NCBI GenBank assembly: GCA_963784365.1
Contig: CAWAQS010000006.1
Span: forward strand, 1,296,930-1,360,929
Source: an uncultured Thermoleophilia bacterium
GTDB lineage: Bacteria > Actinomycetota > Thermoleophilia > Miltoncostaeales > Miltoncostaeaceae
Length of the DNA: 64,000 nucleotides
Reading direction: 5' to 3'
A program made the position numbers and the translations under genes. Under the pieces are notes generated by a model. That model searched no databases. It saw only the letters and a program-made list of their open reading frames with translations, and had not been told where the DNA came from. Within the stretch, counting starts at the first letter, position 1; every line of letters begins with the position of its first letter. Positions 25,024 to 34,302 of the stretch are shown piece by piece.

Positions 25024-25650
25024 TCATTCGTCGTCGACCATGACCACGTGCATGGCCAGCGCCCCGTGGGCGCCGAGGGTCGAGATCTTCTCGATGTCGG
25101 AGGTCCGGCTCGGTCCCGAGACGAGCGAGACGGCCGACGGGACCGCGCCCGCGCCGTAGGTCTCGGCGAGCGCCTCGGCCAGCGTCTCGCGCACGCGTGA
25201 GACCGGCAGGATCGCCAGGTGGTGCATGCTCACCACGTCGATCGCGCGCCCGTGGCCCGGTCCCGTGGCCAGCACCAGCGTGCCGCGCTCGGCGACCGCG
25301 AGCGCGGGCACGGTGACCCCGCAGGTGGCCGCCGGGCCGTCGAGCCCGAGCAGGTCGCGCCAGCCGAGGCCGCGCCCCTCCGGCCAGCGCAGCACCTCGC
25401 AGCCGGCGGCGGCGAGCGCCTCGGGGACGCCCAGGCGATCGAGCAGCGGGTCCCCGGCGATCAGCGCCCGCGTGCTCTCCCACGCGCCCACCTGGCGGGC
25501 CGCGGTCGCGGCGACCGCGGCCGCCGCCGTCCGCTCGGCGGTGGCGCGGTGGCGCACCAGCGACGCCGCCAGCGTCTCCGCGAGGTCGGCTATCGGGGCG
25601 GCCAGCGGCTCGGGAGGTCGCGCTGCTCGGTCCAGGCCGCGCCGCGGCCG
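25024..25650 (-). CDS. lutC: Lactate utilisation protein C (LUD domain)
   Basis: The C-terminal part 'GTLVLATGPGHGRAIDVVSMHHLAILPVSRVRETLAEALAE' is typical of LutC/YkgG. The N-terminus is disturbed by an indel. Confidence 0.6.
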   Translation of the reverse strand, partial: RPRRGLDRAARPPEPLAAPIADLAETLAASLVRHRATAERTAAAAVAATAARQVGAWESTRALIAGDPLLDRLGVPEALAAAGCEVLRWPEGRGLGWRDLLGLDGPAATCGVTVPALAVAERGTLVLATGPGHGRAIDVVSMHHLAILPVSRVRETLAEALAETYGAGAVPSAVSLVSGPSRTSDIEKISTLGAHGALAMHVVMVDDE

Positions 25651-26984
25651 GGCAGGCGCCGGATCCACCCCCGCCGGCCGAGCGTCCGCAGCCCGAGCCG
25701 CGCGCCGATGCGGGTCGCCCCGTAGAGCGCCGGGCTGCTCCACGCCCGGCTCCAGAGGGCGAACAGGCGCCGCTCGCGCCGGTGCGCCGCCGTGTCGGTG
25801 CGCCCCCGCACCCGCACCAGCAGGTCGTGGAGGGGGATCCCCACCGGGCACGCGTCGTGGCACGAGCCGCAGAGCGACGACAGGAAGGGCATCTCCGAGG
25901 AGCGCTCCCCGGCCGAGCCCTCGAGCAGCGGGGTGATGACCGCGCCGATCGGGCCCGAGTAGGGCGACCCGTAGGCCTGCCCGCCCACGCTGCGCCACAT
26001 GGGGCACGAGTAGAGGCAGGCGCCGCAGCGGATGCAGTCGAGCGCCTCCTCCAGGTCCGTCCCGCGCAGGGCGGCGCGCCCGCCGTCCAGCAGCACCAGG
26101 TGCAGCTCCTCGGGCCCGTCCGCCTCGTCCGCGGCCCGGGGCCCGGTGATCAGGTTCACGTAGGTCGCGGCGTCGTCGCCGATCGCCGCCATCGGCAGGA
26201 GCTGCAGGAGGTGGGCGGCCTGGTCCCAGTCCTCCACCACGCGCTCCATCCCCATCACCGCCACGTGGATGCGCGGCAGGGCCGTGACGAGGCGCCCGTT
26301 GCCCTCGTTCTCGACGACGCAGAGGGTCCCGGTCTCGGCCACGGCGAGGTTGACCCCCGAGACGCCGATGTCCGCCGCGGCGAAGACCTCGCGCAGGCGG
26401 CGCCGGGCGTGCGCCACCAGCGCCTCGCGCTCCTGCGGCACCGGCTCGCCGCTCTCCGCCTCGAAGAGCTCGCGGATCTGGGCCACGTTGAGGTGCACCG
26501 CCGGCGCGATGATGTGGCTGGGGTGCTGGCCGGCCAGCTGCAGGATCCACTCGCCCAGGTCGGTCTCCACGGCGCGCAGCCCGGCCTCCTCGAGGGCCTC
26601 GTTGAGCTTGATCTCCTCCGTGGCCATCGACTTCGACTTGGCGACGGTGGTGGCGCCCCGCGCGGCCGCCAGGTCGGTGATGTAGCGGCAGGCGGCCTCG
26701 CCGTCGGCGACGCGCGTCACGGTGCCCCCGGCCGCCGTCACCCGCTCCTCCAGCCGCTCCAGCAGCTCGGGCAGCCGGCGGATGTTGGAGCGGCGGATCT
26801 CCCGGCCGCGATCGCGCATCTGCGCGAACGGGTGCTCGCGCCCGATGCGGGCCCGGCCGGCGCTCCAGCTGCCGCCGGCGGTGCGCAGGTTGCCGCGCAG
26901 CTCGGTGTCGGCGAGGGCCTCCCGGGTGCGCTCGCGCAGCGGCTCCGTGATCTCCGGATAGACCACCGGGCGGCGCCCGCTCAC
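25600..26984 (-). CDS. lutB: Lactate utilisation protein B (4Fe-4S ferredoxin-type, LUD + DUF3390)
   Basis: 'CIRCGACLYSCPMWRSVGG…', 'CGSCHDACPVGIPL'. The GTG at 26984 overlaps the lutA stop. Confidence 0.75.
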
Positions 26985-27689
26985 CCCTCCAGGACCTCCG
27001 CCAGGTGGCGCGCCCGCAGGGGGATGCCGGTGCGGCGCGCGCGACCCACGATGTGGAGCAGGCAGGAGAGGTCGCAGGCCACGAGCTCGTCGGCGCCGGT
27101 CGCCGCCGCCGCGCGCGCCTTCTCCTCGCCGAGGTTGCCGGAGACCTCGGGGAAGTTGACGCTGAACGTGCCGCCGAAGCCGCAGCAGACCTCGGTCTGC
27201 TCCATCTCGCGCAGCTCCAGCCCCTCGACGCCCGCCAGCACGGTCCGCGGGCTCTCCTTCTCGCGCAGGATCCGCAGCATGTGGCAGGAGTCGTGGTAGG
27301 TCACCGATCCCGAGCCCGCGGGCCGGGCGCTGAGGCCCTCGCGCGCGAGGAACTGGGACAGCTCGACCGTCCGCTCGGCCATCTCGCGCGCCTGCTGCTC
27401 CTCGGGGCGGCCGGCGAAGAGCTCGGGATAGCCGTGGCGGATCATCGCCGCGCAGGAGCCCGAGGGCACCACCACCGGGTCGTCCCCGGCGAAGGCCGCG
27501 AAGGGCGCGCCGCGCGACCGGCCGCGCCTGGTCCGGGTGGCCCGAGCTCCAGGCCGGCTGCCCGCAGCACGTCTGCCCGCGCGGGACCGTCACCTCGACG
27601 CCCACCCGGCGCAGCACCGCCGCCGCCGCGCGCGGGACGGAGGGGGCGACCATGTCCGCGAGGCAGGTCCGCATGAGCAGCGCGCGCAT
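26981..27689 (-). CDS. lutA: Lactate utilisation protein A (CCG-domain Fe-S oxidoreductase), frameshift near 27500
   Basis: 'MRALLMRTCLADMVAPSVP…VPRGQTCCGQP' and a second CCG motif 'EVCCGFGGTFSVNFPEVS'. Confidence 0.75.
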
Positions 27690-27733
27690 CGGGTGATCGT
27701 AGCCCGCCGCGGTGCTACCCTCACCGGGAACAC

Positions 27734-28101
27734 GGGCCCGATCCAGTTTCGACGGAGCGGTACCGCATCGGTAAGCGAGCCGCGGACCCGGTGGACCGCG
27801 TCAAAAACCGGGAAACAATGGAGCTGCGGAGAACTCTCCCAAGCTCGCTCTCGCTGCCTAAACAGCAGTAAATGAGGGCCATCGGCCTCCCTTCGGATCG
27901 TGAGGGAGATCACCGGTGTCAACTAGCGATCCTGGCTCCGAAGCAACGGCACTCGGCGGAGGAGCGAGATAACAGGAGAGCCTGGCGGGGGAGCGGTTGG
28001 TCGACGATGACGCCCCTCGCGAGACACTCATCGACGACTGCGCTCGGAGAAGCCGGTGGGGGAACGCTTTCGGACGCCGGGGCAGTGCCGGCCGGGTCCA
28101 C
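27734..28101 (+). ncRNA. ssrA: Transfer-messenger RNA (tmRNA, ssrA); tag peptide (A)AENSPKLALAA; CCA not fully encoded
   Basis: The 5' end is GGGCCCGAUCCAGUUUCGACGG (compare E. coli GGGGCUGAUUCUGGAUUCGACGG). The acceptor stem 27734-27740 pairs with 28093-28099 and includes a G3:U70 wobble (alanine identity). There is an internal ORF GCU GCG GAG AAC UCU CCC AAG CUC GCU CUC GCU GCC UAA (27823-27861), a GGACG motif before the T-arm, and a 368-nt length in a local GC-poor island. Confidence 0.75.
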
Positions 28102-28181
28102 TGTGAGTGACGCGGGAGTCGTTTCGGCGGAGGGTCGCCGAACCGGCTCCCGCTCACGTTCCGGGGCCGGGAGGGCCCGGG

Positions 28182-29399
28182 TCAGCCGCCCCGCTCCTGG
28201 TCCGATCCCTTCAGCAGCCGGGCGAGGGGATAGCGGCGGCGCATGAACTCGGCGAAGTGCGGCACGGTGAAGTCGACCGACCCGTACTCGGGGTCGTAGA
28301 TCAGCCCCTTGCGGATGAGGGCCTGGCGCGCCTTCCCCGATGAGGTGCGCCTGCGGTAGCCGGCCCGTTCCGTCACCGCGGCGGTCGCCTGCGGTCCGTC
28401 GCCGAGGTCCGCCATCGCCGCCATGTAGCGCCGCTCCTCGTTGGTGGCCTCCTCCACGCGGTTGTCGAAGAACTCCTCGTCGAGGATCTCCTGCGCCACC
28501 GGCAGGGCCTCGGCGACGGCGGCCGCGGTGATCGGCGAGACGCCGGCCTCCTCCCAGACGACGCGTCCGTACTCCTGGATGAAGTACGGATACCCGTCCG
28601 CGGCGGCGAGGATCGACGCGACCCCCGCGTCCTCGTAGACGGCCCCGGCCCGCGTCGCCGGGGTCACCAGCGCCGAGTGGGCGGCGCCGTCGCTGAGGCG
28701 ACCGAGCGGGAAGTACTCGAAGAGCCGCTCCGCGTAGGGCTTCGCCGAGCGGAGCTGGGCCGGGAGCGCCGGCAGTCCCGCGCCGACGAGGGCGACGGGC
28801 AGCTTCCTCTGGGCGAGCTTGTGGAACGCCATGCACAGGGCCCCCATCGCCACCGGCTCGAGGTTCTGCATCTCGTCGACGAGGTAGACGACGCCCGTGC
28901 CGCCGGCCCGCGCCGCCTCGCCCAGCTGGACGAGCAGCTCGGTCAGGTCCTCCTCGATGTCGCCGCTGTCGGCGCTGCCGGTGACCGCGGAGACGTCGAT
29001 GTTGAGCTGGAAGCCGCCCGGCGTGATCACGTTGAACGCCTTCAGCACCCCCAGCACCCGCGTGACGCGCTCCCTGATCATCTGCCTGCGGCTGAGGCCG
29101 CGCAGCAGCCGGTGGGTCATCCGGGCGATCGACGTGCGGAAGTCGGTCGTGGCGCCGATCTCGACCACGCCGGTGCAGTCCCAGCCGCGCTCCACCGCGA
29201 GCCTCTCGAACTCCAGCAGCAGCACGGTCTTGCCGACGCCGCGCAGCCCCGAGAGGATCAGGCTGCGGCCGGGGCGGCCCTCCTCGAGCCGCGCGAGGAG
29301 GGCGTCGAAGTTCTCGATGTCACGGTCGCGGCCCGCCAGGAAGGGCGGCATCGTCCCCGCCCCGGCGCTGTAGGGGTTCGTGGCGCGGGTCAGCTGCAC
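28182..29399 (-). CDS. AAA+ ATPase (ORC/Cdc6-like 'ATP-binding protein', AAA_16-type with C-terminal winged helix)
   Basis: Intact 405-aa ORF: Walker A 'GLRGVGKTVLL', Walker B 'VVYLVDEMQN'. Confidence 0.7.
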   Translation of the reverse strand: MQLTRATNPYSAGAGTMPPFLAGRDRDIENFDALLARLEEGRPGRSLILSGLRGVGKTVLLLEFERLAVERGWDCTGVVEIGATTDFRTSIARMTHRLLRGLSRRQMIRERVTRVLGVLKAFNVITPGGFQLNIDVSAVTGSADSGDIEEDLTELLVQLGEAARAGGTGVVYLVDEMQNLEPVAMGALCMAFHKLAQRKLPVALVGAGLPALPAQLRSAKPYAERLFEYFPLGRLSDGAAHSALVTPATRAGAVYEDAGVASILAAADGYPYFIQEYGRVVWEEAGVSPITAAAVAEALPVAQEILDEEFFDNRVEEATNEERRYMAAMADLGDGPQATAAVTERAGYRRRTSSGKARQALIRKGLIYDPEYGSVDFTVPHFAEFMRRRYPLARLLKGSDQERGG

Positions 29400-29435
29400 G
29401 GCGTCGAGCGCCGTCGGAGGCGCGGTCTGGGCCTG

Positions 29436-29551
29436 TATGGCGATTTCCCCATAACTTCCCGCATGGCGTGCGGTCCTCGGAGTATGGGGTCGCCATCGGC
29501 CGTGTCACCGGGTGGCGCCCATCGGCGCCGGCGTATGGGGATTTCCCCACA
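29436..29551. promoter_or_regulatory. Three copies of an imperfect palindrome TATGG(G/C)GA-TTTCC-CCA(T/C)A in the divergent promoter region
   Basis: 29436-29453 TATGGCGATTTCCCCATA; 29483-29496 TATGGGGTCGCCAT (short version, opposite polarity); 29534-29551 TATGGGGATTTCCCCACA. They sit between the AAA ATPase (-) and the wHTH-hydrolase gene (+). Confidence 0.4.
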
Positions 29552-29617
29552 CGCCCCCATACCGGGACGGGTGCCGGCGGCGACCCGAATGGCGCGCGCA
29601 TCGTCCGAGCGGTCATG

Positions 29618-30837
29618 ATGGGGCGATGCGCTACGAGTTCGAGGATTTCGCCCTCGACCTCGACCGTTTCGAGCTCCGCCGAGCCGGGCGGGCCTGCCAC
29701 GTCGAGCCGAAGGCGTTCGACGTCCTGGTGCAGCTGGTGCGGTCGCACGGCCGGGTGGTGACGAAGGACGAGCTGCTCGAATCCGTCTGGGGTCACCGGT
29801 TCGTCGACCGAGTCCGCGCTGACCACCCGGATCAAGGCGCTGCGGAGGGTGCTGGCCGACGACGGGCGCTCCCAGCGGGTGATCCGCACCGCGAGGGGGC
29901 GCGGGTACGAGTTCGTCGCGCCGGTGCGGATCGCGGACCCGGAGGTCCCGGACGGGAGACCCGGGCTCCCCCCGCCGGAGCGCCCCCTTCACCAGGAGAT
30001 CCGGTTCTGCGCGACGCCCGACGGGACGCGCCTGGCGTACGCGCTCGTCGGCGAGGGCCCGCCGCTGCTGAAGGCGGCCAACTGGATGACGCACCTCGAC
30101 TACGACTGGGAGAGCCCGGTCTGGGCCCACTGGCTCCGGGGGCTCGCCCGCCACCGGCGCCTGGTCCGCTACGACCAGCGCGGCTGCGGCCTGTCGGACT
30201 GGGACGTCGCGGACTTCTCGCCCGACGCCTGGCTCGCGGACCTCGAGGCGGTCGTCGACGCCGCGGGCCTCGGGCGCGTCGCGCTGCTCGGGCTGTCGCG
30301 GGGCGCGTCGACCGCGATCGCGTACGCGGCGCGGCACCCCGAGCGGGTCTCCCACCTGGTCCTCTTCGGCGCCTCGGCGCGCGGCAGGATGCTCCGCGCC
30401 CGCACCGATGCCGAGCGGCGGTCGGCCGAGGTGATGATCGAGCTGGCCCGGCTGGGCTGGGGCGCCGACGATCCGGCGTTCCGGCAGGTGTTCGCCATGC
30501 AGTTCATCCCCGACGGAAGCGCCGAGGACTGGCGGGCGTTCAACGATCTCCACCGCCGCACCACCTCGCCGGAGAACGCCGCCCGCTTCATGGAGGCCTT
30601 CGGCCGGGTCAACGTCACGGGGCTCTGCGCGCGGGTGCGGGCGCCGACGCTGATCATGCACGCGCGCGGCGACCTCCGGGTGCCGTTCGAGTCCGCCCGC
30701 GAGCTCGCGTCCCTGATCCCCGGGAGCCGCCTCGTCCCGCTCGACAGCCGAAACCACATCCTGCGCGCCGACGAGCCGGCGTGGCCGCGGTTCCTCGAGG
30801 AGCTCGACGCCTTCCTGGGGGACGACCCCGGCTGACC
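29618..30837 (+). CDS. Fusion protein: OmpR/PhoB-type winged-helix DNA-binding domain + alpha/beta-hydrolase fold; frameshift near 29800
   Basis: N-terminus 'MRYEFEDFALDLDRFELRRAGRACHVEPKAFDVLVQLVRSHGRVVTKDELLESVWG…RGRGYEFV' (trans_reg_C). Then 'RFCATPDGTRLAYALVGEGPPLL…GLSRGASTAIAYAARHP…' hydrolase core. Confidence 0.7.
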
Positions 30838-30851
30838 GCCCGCGCGGCGCG

Positions 30852-31163
30852 CTACGCGAGCAGCCCCAGCGCGGCGATGACCACGAGCCCCGCCACGACG
30901 GCCGCCGCCGTCCCACCGGCGCGCGCGGCGAGAGCGGCCACGGCCACGACGGCCACCGCCGCCGGATCCACGAGCCCCCCGGCGCCGGGGTGCTGGGCGA
31001 CCAGGTTGGCGAGCAGCGCGCCCAGGAGGGGCGCGCGGGCGTGGTCGAGCGCCGCCCGGGTCCCCGGGCCGAGGCGGACCCGCCGGCCGGCGACCAGGAA
31101 CGAGGCGCGGAGCGCGTAGATCCCGAGCCCCGTGGCCGCGAGCAGGGCCATCATGCTCACCGG
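30852..31163 (-). CDS. azlD: Branched-chain amino-acid transport protein AzlD
   Basis: About 100 aa and very hydrophobic: 'VSMMALLAATGLGIYALRASFLVAG…'. It overlaps the end of azlC. Confidence 0.55.
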   Translation of the reverse strand, partial: PVSMMALLAATGLGIYALRASFLVAGRRVRLGPGTRAALDHARAPLLGALLANLVAQHPGAGGLVDPAAVAVVAVAALAARAGGTAAAVVAGLVVIAALGLLA

Positions 31164-31860
31164 AATCCCCCCTCGCTCCACCCGGCGGCCAGGAGGCCCC
31201 CGAGCGTGCCGACGACGATCGCCAGCCCGGCCGGCAGCGCCGCGCCCGCGAGGGCGATGCCGGCTCCGGCGCCGGCCGCGGCGACCGTCGCGCGATCGAC
31301 CAGCGCCCCGCGCAGCATCCCCGCCAGCAGGGCCCCGAGCACCAACTCGACCCGCCAGGTGGTCGGGACGACCGGGCCGACCAGCATCCCGCTGGTGATC
31401 GCGACGATCCACGTGAACCAGATGGCGGCCCCGGCGGTCAGGAAGGCGCGCCGCAGCGCGCGGGGTGCGACGCCCCTCCGGCACCACTCGTCGGTGAGCA
31501 CGTACATCTGATCGACGAGGAAGTAGGGCGCCACCGCCCGGAACCAGGCGGGCTGGTCGGCGAGCGGTCCGGCGAGCGCGGCGCTGTAGATCAGCCCCCG
31601 GCTCGAGATCGCGAGCGCGGTCGCCATGGCCGCCAGCATCCCCGCGCCGCCGGCGTACACCGACAGCAGCGCGAAGTGGGCCGCGCCCGAGAGCAGCAGC
31701 GGCCCACCGGCCCACCCGGCGAGGGGCGCGATCGGCGCGGCGGTCGTCGTGACCCCGAGCGCCCAGCCGAGGGGCAGGAGCGCGACGCAGCACGGGCGCC
31801 ACCTCCGCGAGCACCTCGCGCGCCCGGGGCTCCGTCGTCCGCGGGCGGCCTCGCCCTCCT
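31157..31860 (-). CDS. azlC: AzlC-family branched-chain amino-acid permease
   Basis: '…LSGAAHFALLSVYAGGAGMLAAMATALAISSRGLIYSAALAG…YFLVDQMYVL…' is typical of AzlC. The exact start is unclear because the ORF runs on into the upstream gene. Confidence 0.6.
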
Positions 31861-31949
31861 GAGACTCCGATGATCCGCATGAGGCGATGATCCGGCCCGC
31901 CCGCGGCCGGCGCTTGGCGGATGGCGGGGGATCGTGTGGCGATCCGGTG

Positions 31950-32845
31950 ACGGGGGCGAGCGCCCCCGGGCTCAGGCCGGCGTCCGCCCCGGGATCGGCT
32001 GGTCCTGGGCGGGCGGGCTCCGCCACGGCGGGCGAGGGGGGCAGGGCGGCCCCCGAGGCGCGCAGCTCGCGCGCCAGGAGCGAGGTCATCTCCTGGATCG
32101 TGCTCATCAGCGGGGCCGGGAAGATGACCGTGGAGTTCTTGTCCACCGAGATCTCCACCAGCGTCTGCAGGTTGCGCAGCTGGAGCGCGATCGGGTGGCT
32201 CATCATCACGTCCGAGGCCCGGGCGAGCTCGCCGGCGGCCAGCGCCTCGCCCTCGGCCGCGATGATCTTGGCGCGCTTCTCGCGCTCTGCCTCGGCCTGC
32301 TTGGCCATCGCGCGCTTCATCGTCTCCGGCAGCTGGATGTCCTTCACCTCCACCAGCGTCACGAAGACGCCCCACTCCTCGGTCTGGACGTCGAGGATCT
32401 CGCGGATGTTCTTGTTGATCCGCTCGGTCTCCGACAGCGTCTCGTCGAGCGTGTGCTGGCCGACCACCGCGCGCAGGGTCGTCTGGGCGATGTGGGCGAT
32501 CGCGGCGCGGACGTCCTCGATCGCGACCACGGAGCGGATGGGATCGTCCACCCGGTAGTAGGCGACGGCCGAGATGTCGACGCTCACGTTGTCCTTGGTG
32601 ATGATCTCCTGGGACTGGATCGGCATCGTGACGATCCGCAGGGAGACCCGCTTGATGCGGTCGATCACGGGGATGATGAGCACCAGCCCCGGGCCCCGCG
32701 GGCCGTCCGTCAGCTTGCCGAGCCGGAACTGGACGCCGCGCTCGTACTGGCGGAAGACCCGTATCGACAGCGCGGCGATCACCAGCGCGACGATGACGAC
32801 GATCACGAGGGCGATCTCCACCGCCCACACTCCCTCTCGGGGCAT
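31950..32845 (-). CDS. SPFH/Band-7 (stomatin/slipin-like) membrane protein
   Basis: N-terminal TM 'VWAVEIALVIVVIVALVIAAL', then 'VFRQYERGVQFRLGKL…PGLVLIIPVIDRIKRVSLRIVTMPIQSQEIITKDNV…' and coiled-coil 'AEAEREKRAKIIAAEGE'. The C-terminal boundary is approximate. Confidence 0.75.
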
Positions 32846-32936
32846 CACCTCACCCGCGACGGTAGGCGGCCGCCGGGGGGCCGCCATCCGCGCGGGTGCG
32901 GATGGCGGCTGCGGCATCACCGCGCCGGTGGGGCCC

Positions 32937-33878
32937 TCAGGCCGGCCGGCGGGAGCGGCGCAGCAGGGCGCGCAGGGTCGAGCCGTTGGCGAAGCCCACC
33001 CGGGGCGCGATCTGGTCGATGCTCTCGTCGGTGGTGCGCAGCAGGTGCGCCGCCCGCTCCGTGCGCAGCCGCTGCACCAGGGCGAGCGGCGAGAACCCGA
33101 CGGCGCGGGACACCCGCCGCTCGAGGGTGCGCCGGCTGGTGCCGATCGTCCGCGCCGCCACCCCGATGTCCATCGGACGGTCGAGGTTGGCGCGTGCGTA
33201 CTCCTCGAACTCCCGCACGAGCGGATCGTCGTGGGCGAGGTGGTCGACGGCGAGGTAGGCGCTCTGCGACGGCCGCTCGTCCACCAGGAGCAGGCGGCTG
33301 ACCAGATCGGCCAGGGCCGGGCTCTCGCGCCGCAGCAGCGTCAGCGCGAGGTCGACGTGGCCCAGGGCGGCGCCGGCGGTGATCGCGCGCTCGTCGGTGA
33401 CGACCATCGCGTCGAGGTCCAGGCGCACGTCGGGGTAGCGGCTCCGGAAGCCCGGGCCCAGCCACCAGCTCGTGGTGGCGCGCCCACCGTCCAGGATCCC
33501 GGCCTCGGCGAGGGCGAACGAGCCGGTGCACGCGGCGGCGAGACGCGCGCTCCCCCCGGCGGCCGCGGTCGTTGCGCGCATCAGCTCGCGGATGTCCGGC
33601 CGCGCGAGCGCCGCGACGGTCTCCTCGGCCGTGAAGGTCTTGAGGGCGCAGACGACCGCCACGTCGAAGTCCGCCAGCTCGCGCAGCGTCGCCGAGACCG
33701 GCAGGATCGCCCCCGAGCTGGTGGTCACCCGTGAGCGCGTGCCGACGATCTCGACCTCGATCGGCGGGATCGACGGGTCAACCTCCGCGCGCAGCGCCTC
33801 CGCGGTCTGGAGGAGGTCCAGCATCGAGACCACTCCGACGCCGAAGCATCCGTCCATCGCGGCAAGCCCGATGCGCAT
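32937..33878 (-). CDS. GlxA-family transcriptional regulator (DJ-1/PfpI domain + AraC-type HTH)
   Basis: 'MRIGLAAMDGCFGVGVVSMLDLLQ…' and the C-terminal AraC HTH 'DIGVAARTIGTSRRTLERRVSRAVGFSPLALVQRLRTERAAHLL'. Confidence 0.8.
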   Translation of the reverse strand: MRIGLAAMDGCFGVGVVSMLDLLQTAEALRAEVDPSIPPIEVEIVGTRSRVTTSSGAILPVSATLRELADFDVAVVCALKTFTAEETVAALARPDIRELMRATTAAAGGSARLAAACTGSFALAEAGILDGGRATTSWWLGPGFRSRYPDVRLDLDAMVVTDERAITAGAALGHVDLALTLLRRESPALADLVSRLLLVDERPSQSAYLAVDHLAHDDPLVREFEEYARANLDRPMDIGVAARTIGTSRRTLERRVSRAVGFSPLALVQRLRTERAAHLLRTTDESIDQIAPRVGFANGSTLRALLRRSRRPA

Positions 33879-33969
33879 GACGCAAACCGTATCAAGATCG
33901 GCGGATACGCCACTCGATCGCCGCGCGTTCGATGGGCCAGGCTCACGGAAACCCACCGGGAGGCACCCC

Positions 33970-34263
33970 ATGGTCACCGTCGCGCTCGTCGTCAAGCTCA
34001 CCGCCAAGCCCGAGACCGCCGACGAGGTGAAGACGTTCCTCACCGACGCGCTCGCGCTGGCCGACGCCGAGCCGGGTACGCCGGTCTGGATGTCGCTGCG
34101 CACCGACGCGACCACGTTCTGGATCGTCGACGCGTTCCCCGGCGACGCCGAGCGGCAGGCCCACCTCTCGGGGCCGATCGCAGAGGCCCTGCTGGCCAAC
34201 GCCGACCGCCTGCTGGCGGCGCCCCCGGAGATCCAGCCGGCCGACGTGCTCGCCATCAAGTAG
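33970..34263 (+). CDS. Antibiotic-biosynthesis-monooxygenase (ABM) domain protein, YgiN-like
   Basis: 97-aa ORF 'MVTVALVVKLTAKPETADEVKTFLTDALALADAEPGTPVWMSL…', divergent from the GlxA regulator. Confidence 0.75.
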   Translation: MVTVALVVKLTAKPETADEVKTFLTDALALADAEPGTPVWMSLRTDATTFWIVDAFPGDAERQAHLSGPIAEALLANADRLLAAPPEIQPADVLAIK

Positions 34264-34302
34264 GGGTGCGCCGCGCCGAGCGGCTGGGGTACGCTCCGCG
34301 TC

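Noticed and set aside
25782-27299. 505-aa plus-strand ORF
   Set aside because: Antisense to lutB/lutA, which carry clear Fe-S/CCG motifs on the minus strand.
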